A stretch of DNA of 64,000 bases from contig CAIIXF020000001.1 in the NCBI GenBank assembly GCA_903813345.2, forward strand, positions 9,858,001 through 9,922,000, written 5' to 3'. Positions within the stretch are counted from its first letter, which is position 1, and each line of letters starts with the position of its first letter. Position numbers and translations under genes: made by a program. Origin of the DNA: Owenia fusiformis. Lineage: Eukaryota. The notes under the pieces are model-generated. The model worked only from the letters and a program-made list of their open reading frames with translations. It had not been told where the DNA came from and did not search any database. Positions 23,901 through 35,900 of this stretch are shown in pieces.

Positions 23901-26900
23901 ACCTGTAGATGGACTTAGCAGATTCTAGGTTGATGCAATTAGAGGATATTACCTTGAGGGACTTAGCCAATATTCACCATAGTTGCCTGGAGTTTGATGC
24001 CCAGAGGAACTTAAGGAATATTCACGTATATATTGAGGGACTTAGAATATTCATAGCTGGCTAGAGGAACTTTGTAGATCTCCCTACATCTACAACTTGA
24101 TGAACTTAGAATATTACCAGCTTGAGAGACAGAATATTCATCGCTGGTTAGAGGAACTTTGTAGATTTCACACATCTATAACTTGATGGACTTGGAATAT
24201 TCACCAGCTTGAGGGACTTAGAATATTCATTGCTGGCTAGAGGAACTTTGTAGATTTCCTACATCTACAACTTGAACTTAGAATAATACCAGCTTGAGGG
24301 ACTTAGAATATTCATTGCTGATTAGAGGAACTTTGTAGATTTCCTATATCTATAACTTGGTGGACTTAGAATATTTGCCAGCTTGAGGGACTTAGAATAT
24401 TCATCTCTACCTAGAGGAACTTATCTACAACTTGATGAACTTAGAATATTCATCGCTGATTAGAGGAACTTTGTAGATTTCCTACATCTTCAGTTTGATA
24501 GACTTAGAGTGTTCACAACTCATCTGATGAACTTAGATTATATCGCCAACTTGGTGGACTTAGAATATGCATCGCTCAGCTGATGAAAAACTATATTAGT
24601 GATGAACACTTTTATATATAGATAAATATACAAGTATAATTGCATAAAGGACTTATAATTAGTACCTCTGAAACTGAAACTTAGTATCAATTGTCGATTT
24701 GTGTTGTATTATTTTGAGGCGGATGAAGCCAGAATATATGTTGTTAATTTTATATTAAATATTGTGTCTCTTTATTCATGCGTACATTTAATGTGTACCA
24801 AGTATCCTACGAAGTAACCTGGTCTGATTAATAACAACATCCACACTACCACAAATCAGGCCAGACGTTACAAAAGTCATGTATTTGATGCAGTTTAAAA
24901 TTAAAGTGACCATGTAATGATTGCTGTGATACTAAGACAGTTAATTTAAACAGACAATTCCTGATAATTCAGATTAATTAACAGAGATGTTGTTTTCTTA
25001 TACGAAGGTCCCATTAAAATAGAATAAAAACTTTAGCACGAAATATCCCACACCAGTCATGAATTTGATGCAGCTTACAATTAAGGTGACCATATCCACG
25101 ATTGCTGTGATACTTAGACAGTTGATTTAAAAATACAATTCCTCATCATGATAAACCATGCCATCTCAAATCTTCTCAGCCCTGAGATGCCATGATATAA
25201 AGAGCTTGATTTGGCGATCCAGGAGAGCCCAAAATTGAGGATTTTTGAGATCTTTCATCCTTGCTGCAAGGGTATCTTTCATCCCAGCTCATATTTCATC
25301 TAATTGGGGTCATAAAACTTGTGTAACTGTGCCTGTTGCAATGCCTATTATGTAGTGTATTGACATAAGGTAGATGATTACATGATAACAATCACACTTA
25401 TTGACAGTTATAACTCTTCCCATCTGATGTGCTCAGATCACAGAATATGCCTCATAATATCAGAGCATGTTACAGGTGAAACAGAAAGATGCTATGAGTA
25501 TCAGAATGACAATTCCTCATAATTCAGATTTTCACCCACACTCCCTTCTTGCCTTGTGAAATACAGAATTTGTTTATTAAGACAAATTCTGAGGTTAAAA
25601 AGATACTGTCCCCAAGGATGGAATGGTATTTCCAGCCTACTTCCACTTGATGGATCAAATAAACCATACATGAACTAAGGATTAAGGCTAATGCCGGTCA
25701 ATAGACTAGATGCGAGTAGAAAAAATCTTGATTTACGTCATTAAATATTCAAAATTCAGTCAAAGTGATCTCATATTTGAAATCTGCATGTAAAAGTACA
25801 TCTAGAAATATGGTTTCGAAAATTGTCTATCAACTTTGAAAATTTAATTATTTTTGAAAATGTGAATTCTTGTTCGGGTTGATTCCACATAGACCCCATG
25901 TTACAAAATCACAAAAAGTGAATTATCTTCTCTTGTATTGGGCAGATAACATTTTCTTTTACTGGATATATTTTAATTTGCATAACTATTTGATACATAG
26001 GGGTTATATGAAAATTGAACCACGCAAATAGATGTAATTTAAGTTAAAGGGAATTTCTACTATACCCGCCATGCTATCTGACCCGAACGAGCCACCTGGT
26101 GGTGAATCTGGTAACTACCTACTCGCATCTGCGTTATTGGTCAAAATGAGAAGTCCTTTTACTTTTTGACACATTCATTTCCTTTAATATTTGAAGGTTG
26201 GGATCATATGATGTTAGTTGTCTTAAAGATATAATTATGTGGCATACTGATATGACAAGGTCAACTTCTATCTATCCATTCCCGATGCTGTATTGAAGAT
26301 TCTCTAATGAATGAGACAATAGATGATGTTTAATGATGGACATGCCCGGATGGACATGGTTAAATGAGCTTATCTTATATTTAACCAAATGAGTCATTGG
26401 GGGTCACTGTCTTTGGTGCTGTGATTGAATATAGAGAAACCATCAGAGGAATTATTGATTAATCAACCAAAGCTCAACAGGTTGTTAGCATAGACTCTTG
26501 TGCCTAGCAAAGCAAATAGAGTTTCCAATATTCTTCCATTGAAGACTATTGACGCGATTCTCTCCTTTGATTCATTTATCATAATGTTAATTTCTATAAA
26601 TACATGTATGTTTGTTCATTTAACTACCGTGGGCAGAATAGAAATATCAGCTGTCTGATAAAGTTTAAATTCTAAGTCCGATGCCTTACAGACTTAGAAC
26701 CTCTGAAGGAATTTTCAATATTATATATGGCCTGTTGATTTAAATTGTCCACCATGTTAAGTTAACATGTTAAGTTAACATTGTTAACGTACTAACTGAT
26801 CACTTCAGCAAGTAATTTCAAAATAAGGAATGATTTGAGATATATTTGTTTTATTTTATTTGTTGGGATTTGCTACTCCTCAGAGTTGCTGTTTTTTGGT

Positions 26901-29900
26901 TTGCTAAAGTTTATTTATAAAAGCTAACTTCTGTAACATTCAGCCTAATTATGGTAGTGTGGATGTTGTTTAATAGACTGTGTCACTGTGGGTCTCAGGG
27001 TATACGTTAAATATACACGTGGGAAATCTGTACATAACATTCATATACAATTTTATATATAACACATATATTGTGGCATTTATAGCCCATCAAATTAATA
27101 CATGGAAATCGATGTTTTCAGTTACTGAGGCACTATATAAAAGTTCTTGATACGTGATCACTGTCAATAAAACACTAATTATAAGAGTCCTATATACGAA
27201 AATACTTGTACTCTCAATTGTCTCTTGAGCTCTGGACTTGTTCAATTCAGCTAGGTATAAATCTGGGAATAACAGTCTCTCATTACAGCTTCAGTGATTA
27301 TGCCTTGGAATAACAGTCTCTCAATGAAGGCAAATCTCAAGCTGGCCTGAAATAAAATAACTAAGTCTGGAATCAACTTAGTTCCTCAATCAAGCTGGAG
27401 TTATCTAAACTAAGTCGGGAAATGGCAAAGTTCCTCAATATGTGGAATCTACCCAAGATTCCCCGTAGTTCCCAAATAAACTAAGTGTCTCGTACTTAGT
27501 TTCAATCAAAGTCATCCAGGTCGGGGGTGACACTATTCAACGTCCCCAACAGGCAACATCGATGAAGATCCTCTAAGTTCCTCAATATGTGGAATCTGCC
27601 TAAGATTCCCAGTAGCTCCTAAATAAACTAAGTGTCTCGTACTTAGTTACTCAACAAGTGGAATCTGCCTAAGATCCCTGGTAGCTCCCAAATAAACTAA
27701 GTGTCTCGTACTTAGTTTTCATCAAAGTCATCCAGGTCAGGGGTGACACTATTCAACGTCCCCAACAGGCAACATCGATGAAGATCCTCTAAGTTCCTCA
27801 AGATGTGGATTCTGTCTAAGAATCCCAGTAGCTCCTAAATAAACTAAGTGTCTCGTACTTAGTTCCTCAACAAGTGGAATCTGCCTAAGATCCCTGGTAG
27901 CTCCCAAATAAACTAAGTGTCTCGTACTTAGTTTTCATCAAAGTCATCCAGGTCAGGGGTGACACTATTCAACGTCCCCAACAGGCAACATCGATGAAGA
28001 TCCTTTAAGTTCCTCAATATGTGGAATCTGTCTAAGAATCCCAGTAGCTCCTAAATAAACTAAGTGTCTCGTACTTAGTTCCTCAACAAGTGGAATCTGC
28101 CTAAGATCCCTGGTAGCTCCCAAATAAACTAAGTGTCTCGTACTTAGTTTTCATCAAAGTCATCCAGGTCAGGGGTGACACTATTCAACGTCCCCAACAG
28201 GCAACATCGATGAAGATCCTTTAAGTTCCTCAATATGTGGAATCTGCCTAAGATTCCCAATAGCTCCTAAATCGATGAAGATCCTCTAAGTTCTTCAATA
28301 TGTGGAATCTGCCTAAGATTCCCAGTAGCTCCTAAATCGATGAAGATCCTTTAAGTTCCCCAATATGTGGAATCTGCCTAAGATTCCCTGTAGTTCCTAA
28401 ATCGATGAAGATCCTTTAAGTTCCTCAATATGTGGAATCTGCCTAAGATTCCCTGTAGTTCCTAAATCGATGAAGATCCTTTAAGTTCCTCAATATGTGG
28501 AATCTGCCTAAGATTCCCAGTAGCTTCTAAATCGATGAAGATCCTTTAAGTTCCTCAATATGTGGAATCTGCCTAAGATTCCCTGTAGCTCCTAAATCGA
28601 TGAAGATCCTCTAAGTTCTTCAATATGTGGAATCTGTCTAAGAATCCCAGTAGCTCCTAAATAAACTAAGTGTCTCGTACTTAGTTCCTCAACAAGTGGA
28701 ATCTGCCTAAGATCCCTGGTAGCTCCCAAATAAACTAAGTGTCTCGTACTTAGTTTTCATCAAAGTCATCCAGGTCAGGGGTGACACTATTCAACGTCCC
28801 CAACAGGCAACATCGATGAAGATCCTTTAAGTTCCTCAATATGTGGAATCTGCCTAAGATTCCCAATAGCTCCTAAATCGATGAAGATCCTCTAAGTTCT
28901 TCAATATGTGGAATCTGCCTAAGATTCCCAGTAGCTCCTAAATCGATGAAGATCCTTTAAGTTCCCCAATATGTGGAATCTGCCTAAGATTCCCTGTAGT
29001 TCCTAAATCGATGAAGATCCTTTAAGTTCCTCAATATGTGGAATCTGCCTAAGATTCCCTGTAGTTCCTAAATCGATGAAGATATTTTAAGTTCCTCAAT
29101 ATGTGGAATCTGCCTAAGATTCCCAGTAGCTTCTAAATCGATGAAGATCCTTTAAGTTCCTCAATATGTGGAATCTGCCTAAGATTCCCTGTAGCTCCTA
29201 AATCGATGAAGATCCTCTAAGTTCTTCAATATGTGGAATCTGCCTAAGATTCTCAGTAGTTCCTAAATAAACTAAGTGTCTCGTACTTAGTTTCCAACAA
29301 AGTCATCCATGTCGGGGGTGACACTATTCAACGTCCCCAACAGGCAACATCGATGAAGATCCTCTAAGTTCCTCAATATGTGGAATCTGCCTAAGATTCC
29401 CTGTAGTTCCTAAATCGATGAAGATCCTTTAAGTTCCTCAATATGTGGAATCTGCCTAAGATTCCCTGTAGTTCCTAAATCGATGAAGATCCTTTAAATT
29501 CCTCAATATGTGGAATCTGCCTAAGATTCCCTGTAGTTCCTAAATCGATGAAGATCCTTTAAGTTCCTCAATATGTGGAATCTGCCTAAGATTCCCAGTA
29601 GCTTCTAAATCGATGAAGATCCTTTAAGTTCCTCAATATGTGGAATCTGCCTAAGATTCCATGTAGTTCCTAAATCGATGAAGATCCTTTAAGTTCCTCA
29701 ATATGTGGAATCTGCCTAAGATTCCCAGTAGTTCCTAAATAAACTAAGTGTCTCGTACTTAGTTTCCATTAAGTCATCCAGGTTGAGTGAAAATATTCTA
29801 AGTTCCTCAACAGCTCCTCCAAATGAGCTAAGTTTCTGGTACTTATTCTCACTTCAGTCAGGCTGGAATATTGTATAATCTATGTCGGGAAATGACAGAG

Positions 29901-32900
29901 TTTCTCAATCCGGCAAAGTTCCTCAATCAGGCTTGAGTTATATAGACAATGTCGGGAAATGACAGAGTTTCTCAGTCCAGCTGTATTTCCTCAATCAGGC
30001 TGGAATATTCCTCAATCCAGCAGAGTCCTTCAAACAGGCTGGAGTTGCATCAACTATGTCGGGAAATGACAGAGTTTCTCAGTCCAGCTGTATTTCCTCA
30101 ATCAGGCTGTAATATTCCTCAATCCAGCAGAGTCCTTCGAACAGGCTGGAGTTGTATCAACTATGTCGGGAAATGACAGAGTTTCTCAGTCCAGCTGTAT
30201 TTCTTCAGTCAGGCTGGAATATTGTATAAACTATGTCGGGAAGTGACAGAGTTTCTCAATCCAGCAAAGTTCCTCAATCAGGCTGGAATAGTATGAACTT
30301 TGTCTGGGAATGGCAAAGTTCCTCAGTTCAGCAGTATTACTTCAGTCAGGCTGGAATATTGTATAAACTATGTCGGGAAATGACAGAGTTTCTCAATCCA
30401 GCAAAGTTTCTCAATCAGGCTGGAATATTATGAACTTTGTCTGGAAATGGCAAAGTTCCTCAGTCCAGCAGTATTTCTTCAGTTAGGCTGGAATATTGTA
30501 TAAACTATGTCAGGAAGTGACAGAGTTTCTCAATCCAGCAAAGTTCCTCAATCAGGCTGGAACAGTATGAACTTTGTCTGGAAATGGCAAAGTTCCTCAG
30601 CCCAGCGGTATTACTTCAGTCAGGCTGGAATATTGTATAAACTATGTCGGGAAGTGACAGAGTTTCTCAATCCAGCAAAGTTCCTCAATCAGGCTGGAAC
30701 AGTATGAACTTTGTCTGGAAATGGCAAAGTTCCTCAGTCCAGCAGTATTACTTCAGTCAGGCTGGAATATTGTATAAACTATGTCGGGAAATGACAAAGT
30801 TTCTCAATCCAGCAAAATTCCTCAATCAGGCTGGAATATTGTATAAACTATGTCGGGAAATGACAGAGTTTCTCAGTCCAGCTGTATTTCTTCAGTCAGG
30901 CTGGAATATTATGAACTATGCCTAGCCTGGAAGTGACAACGTTCCTCAATCCAGCCGTATTTCTTCAGTAGGCTGGAATATTCCTCAATCCAGCAAAGTT
31001 CCTCAATCAGGCTGGAATATTCCTCAATCCAGCAGAGTCCTTCAAACAGGCTGGAGTTGTATCAACTATGTCGGGAAATGACAGAGTTTCTCAGTCCAGC
31101 TGTATCTCTTCAGTCAGGCTGGAATATTGTATAAACTATGTCGGGAAATGACAGAGTTTCTCAATCCAGCTGTACTTCTTCAGTCAGCAAATTGATGAAA
31201 AATAATCGATCTAAAAATAGCTAAGTTTCTCAAGTTAGCTAAATTATGAAAAGAATAATGTAAGTTTCTCAATCTCAAAAAAATATCAAAGTTTCTCAAG
31301 TTAGCTAAATTATGGAAAGAATAATGTAAGTTTCTCAATCTCAAAAATATCAAAGTTTCTCAAGTTAACAATAGAAAAACATAAGTTGCTTAATAACGCC
31401 TGAAAATACAAGTTTCTGGCACTCCTTCTCAATCAGGCTGGAATAATGCAAACTAAGTCTGGTATTGACAAAGTTTCTCGATCCAGCAGTAATTCTTCAG
31501 TCGGGTTGAAATATTCTAAAACCTTGCCTGGAAATGACAAAGTTTCTCAGTTCAGCAGTATTTCATCAAACGGGCTGGAATATTCTAAACTATGCCTGGA
31601 AATGACAAAGTTTCTCGGTCCAGCAGTAATTCTTCAATCGGGCTAAAATATTCTAAAACTTTGCCTGGTAATGACAAAGTTTCTCAGTTCAGTAGTATTT
31701 CATCAAACGGGCTGGAATATTCTAAACTATGCCTGGAAATGACAAAGTTTCTCGGTCCAGCAGTACTACTTCAATCAGGCTGGAGTTATCTAGACTATGT
31801 CTGGAAATGACAAAGTTCCTCGATCCAGCAGTATTTCTTCAAACAGGCTGGAATATTCTAAACTATGTCTGGAAATGACAAAGTTCCTCGATCCAGCAAA
31901 TCTTCTAAGTTTCTCATCAATCCTCAAATGAAACACTGGCACGGGAGATGTGTTCCAACCAAAAGTTGCCTACGTGTCTGATAGGAGCGATCCGGGCTCT
32001 GTATTTATACCCCAGACAGGTTTTGCACACGAACCTAACAAGTGATTAGTGGGCTGATGCAATACCTCGTCACCGGATGTAATCACTGAATCAGGATATT
32101 AGTTTCGTAAAAATAACTGGCTTCACTTACAAATCACGATCTCGGCTTTTACACCCAATATCAATACATGTTTGGTACATAATCAACAAGATTATAGTAT
32201 AAACTCAATAAATATAACCATAAATGATCGCTATCTAGTCTAATTACACTTCGATTTGATCGAATTGAAAGCAGGAAGTGATAATTTCTGTAAAATGATA
32301 GTCGAGAGTTCTCGATCAACCGTAACCATAGTCACTGGTAAAACTACCCGATCAACATTAACCAAATCTGAACTCGATAAAATAAAAAGTTGCTAACACC
32401 TCTGTAAGTACAAATAAAGTGCTTTAATCGATACTACAATCAAAGATCTTAATAATCTCAACTGTGAAGCACTTAAATCAAAAAATTTAAAATCAAAATT
32501 TTGTTACACTCCTCCAATCCAATGATTTTGGTGTTAACAACACCAAGCCAAAGTACAATAAAAAAATAACAAAATTTTGCTATCTTAGCTATCCTACAAA
32601 ATACAATCTTACAATTTTCTAACCTCGAGGTTAACTAGCTTTCAATACAATGTACAATGAATATTCTAAACTCTGGCTTATCTCAAACCCTAACACTAGA
32701 TATCTAACTATTTGAATGTCTAACTCTGTGTACATTAATAACTTTTCACAACTCTCAGCTAAATGTTAGGTATGAATATAAAATTATACTCATGCTAAAT
32801 GTCAACTCTCAAGTTAGGGCTTCACTGTAGGGGAATAACAACGATCCCTCCAATCATCATATATGTCACGTCCAGGGTGAGTCCTCAAATATCTCCCTCT

Positions 32901-35900
32901 GTAAACTTTGGCTAGAGGCACTTTAACTGGAGACGTTCTCTTGTCATCATCCTGACTAGGAATTCTATGGTAGAAGTCTTCACTTTGTCCAGACACTTTA
33001 CAAAATCTCTTGTCCATGTCACGCCTCTGCCCTCTGAAGCGGGAAAAATCAGTTCGATCTGCAGCTGTCCTCTTGGGTTGTGGTGATCTGTTTCTCAGCC
33101 TTAATTTTTCACGTCGACCTCCCTGTCTGTGTTTTACTTCACTCTCTCCATCTTTAGGCATTCCTGAGTCTACTTGGTGATCATCAAAACTTCCCGGATT
33201 CTCTGGTTCAAAAGTCATTTTACACTCGCGATAGTTCAATACAGCTCCAGAGGCAGCTAGGAAGTCTGTGCCCAAAATTCCCTCAAAGTGAATATCAGCC
33301 ACGACCACCTCCAAGTTCTGTACATGCCCGTCAATTTTCAAGCTAACTGGTATAACACCCTCCATATGCAAGAGTTGCCCACCTGCTTGCAAAATGGTCT
33401 TCTTAGGTGGCTTAAGCTGGGGCCTTTTGCGTTTAGGTATATTCTGGTAGACCGTTGAACTCATGATTGTGCTAGCGGCTCCAGAGTCAACTAAAAATGA
33501 AACATTGGTGTCGCAAACTATGCCATGTGCCACTATCTTCTGAGTGTCCTTGGAAGACTGAACACCATTCCCCTGCAGAGATAGAAATTCAACGGTAGCA
33601 ATCTGGCTAGATCTCTCTTGTGCTGCTTTATCTCGCTCTTCGACACGCTTCCTTGAATAACAATCAGCGATCCGGTGTCCAGGTTTGTGACAATAGAAAC
33701 ATTTTGGTTTATTGTTCATATTCACTCTATTTGTAGAATCCGATTTGGTTAACTTTATCAGGTCAACCATTTTCTCCAGGTTCCTGGTGCACGTTTCTTG
33801 CACAGCTTGTTGCATTTGTTTGACCATTTGAGCCATCTTCTGAAACACATCTTCCTTATTATCAGGAGTACTTATAGAGTTGCAGTACTCTTCCTCAGTA
33901 TCAATGGCGTTTACTCTGAACTTTGGTTTTTGGCCTTTCCTTATTCGTTCTGATTCTATGTAGGACTCTTCTTTAAGCGCAACTTCGATGGCCTTATCGA
34001 GAGTATTACACTCCTTTGCATGGATAGCCCTCCTGATCTCCTCCTCTAAAATGGCCTGCTCAAAACTCCGTCTAGCCAGACGATCTTGCGCCGCACGGCT
34101 CATTTCTGGATAGGCCAAAGCGGTGAGACGTCTTATATCCTGGCCCAATGTCTGTAGAGTCTCTTTGGGTTTTCGGATTCGCCCAACTAGTTCGGCCTCG
34201 TAGACCTCCGCCTTTCCACCAGGACCGAATCGCTTCTCTAAGGCTAAAAGGAGCTGATCATAGGTATAATCTTGCCCCATCTCTAATACCATTTGCTGGG
34301 CAGGGCCTCGAAGACTGGTGGCTAGAAACTGCCTCTTATCTTCCTCAGACCATTTATTAGCTTCCCCGCAGATCTCAAAATAAGCCCTATAGTCTTGCCA
34401 TGGTGTATTCCCGTTATACACATCAGGTTTGATTCTGCTCTTGCTAGAAGTTCCAAGAGTCTCTTTGGAGAGTTTAGCACACAACTGAGAGCACATCTTA
34501 ATAAGCTCTGTTGAGAGATGAGAATCATTAACGTTCTCCATCTTCTCAGGCCTTTCTATAGTGTTATGGCGCTTTGGACTCGAAGTTTCCTGGACATCAT
34601 CAAGTTCTTCTTGACACTGAGGTAAGTGAGGAGTCGGGATGTCACCACCATGCCCTCTCTCCAGCCAGTCCTCCATCGGACCTAACCCTCCATCTTTAGG
34701 TTGTTGATTACAATCTGCTGCATTATCTGGCGGCAATTCGGTATCAGGTCTCTGGCAAAACCTGTCTTGCCGAAGCAACCTCCAGGGCCTTTTCACACCT
34801 GAAGTTGATGGCACTTGTATGGAACTGGCTTTAGACATACTGATGGGTTGCATCCGTTCTGTTTGGTTAGGATCTCTTCTAACCGATATTGCAGGCTTCT
34901 GAATTCTGGCCTCAGACCTACAATGACCACTAACATCACCCAGTGTCTGTGACTTACCTGGAGTAGTACGAAACTCAACAGGCATGTTACTCTGAATTTG
35001 GTTGATGATTGATTTCTCCATGGCGTTTTGAAAATTTTCCATCTGACCCTTCATTTCCTGTAATTGTGCCTCCTGATGATCCTGACCAATACGAACTTGT
35101 TCTGCAATTTGATTGATGTTGTGTATTTGAGTGTTTTGAGACTCCGTAAGTCCTATGACCAACTTCTTTTGGGTTTCCACAACTTGAGTCATACATTTCT
35201 GTTGGGTCTCTGCTATTTTCTGCATCTGTCGTTGTTGAGCAACTAAAGTCTCACTAAAAATATCCATCTTTTGCTCAAATTTGCTTTCAACCATAGTGAG
35301 ATCTTTTCTCAGTGTGTCCTCCTCTCTTAAACTCCTTGCCGGCCTGCCTAGGGCAGTAGAGGTTAAAGGAAATCTCGGTCTTCGGGGAGGATCGCCGACA
35401 TTCTGATTACTCGGTTCAAAGGGAGTTTTGGCATCTATCATTACACCTCCGGTCCAATACCCTGTACTCCATGAGCTGGGTAATCCCCTCTTCTCAACAT
35501 CTGTTTCTGGAGTTTTGGGTCTAGCTCCTTCCAAATGAGTGACCTTTCCAAAAGTATCACTCTGTGTATCAGTATCCCTCATTTCCTGTACAGTTGCATC
35601 AGCTGCTCCTGGATTGTCAATTTCCATTGCGTCATTCTTGAAAAACACGGTTTTTTCAAGGTCACCATCTCCTACACCCTCTACATCCAGAGGAGGTGGC
35701 AAATTGGAATCTTGCTCCATTTCAGGCGTATAATATGCAATATAAGATTTCACACGTTATCCCACCGCTGCCACCAGTGTAACATTCAGCCTAATTATGG
35801 TAGTGTGGATGTTGTTTAATAGACTGTGTCACTGTGGGTCTCAGGGTATACGTTAAATATACACGTGGGAAATCTGTACATAACATTCATATACAATTTT

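Larger units (their letters stand above)
17742..24872 (+). mobile_element. LTR element 1: Ty3/Gypsy-like, non-autonomous (gag-protease only), 7131 bp
   Basis: Two 1924-bp TGTAAC...GTTACA LTRs (offset 5207), TSD AAAG (17738-17741 / 24873-24876), PBS 19667-19685, PPT 22937-22948, single ORF. Confidence 0.95.

Noticed and set aside
29949-31810. Short ORFs (MSGSDRVSQSS...) and their copies at 38795-40656
   Set aside because: By-products of the 68/137-bp repeats; antisense to the element, frame-shifting between units and riddled with stops.
27360-31920. CRISPR-like repeat/spacer array in the LTRs (also 18391-19385)
   Set aside because: The segments between conserved cores are themselves repeated and related, not unique spacers. 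There are no cas genes and the context is eukaryotic.
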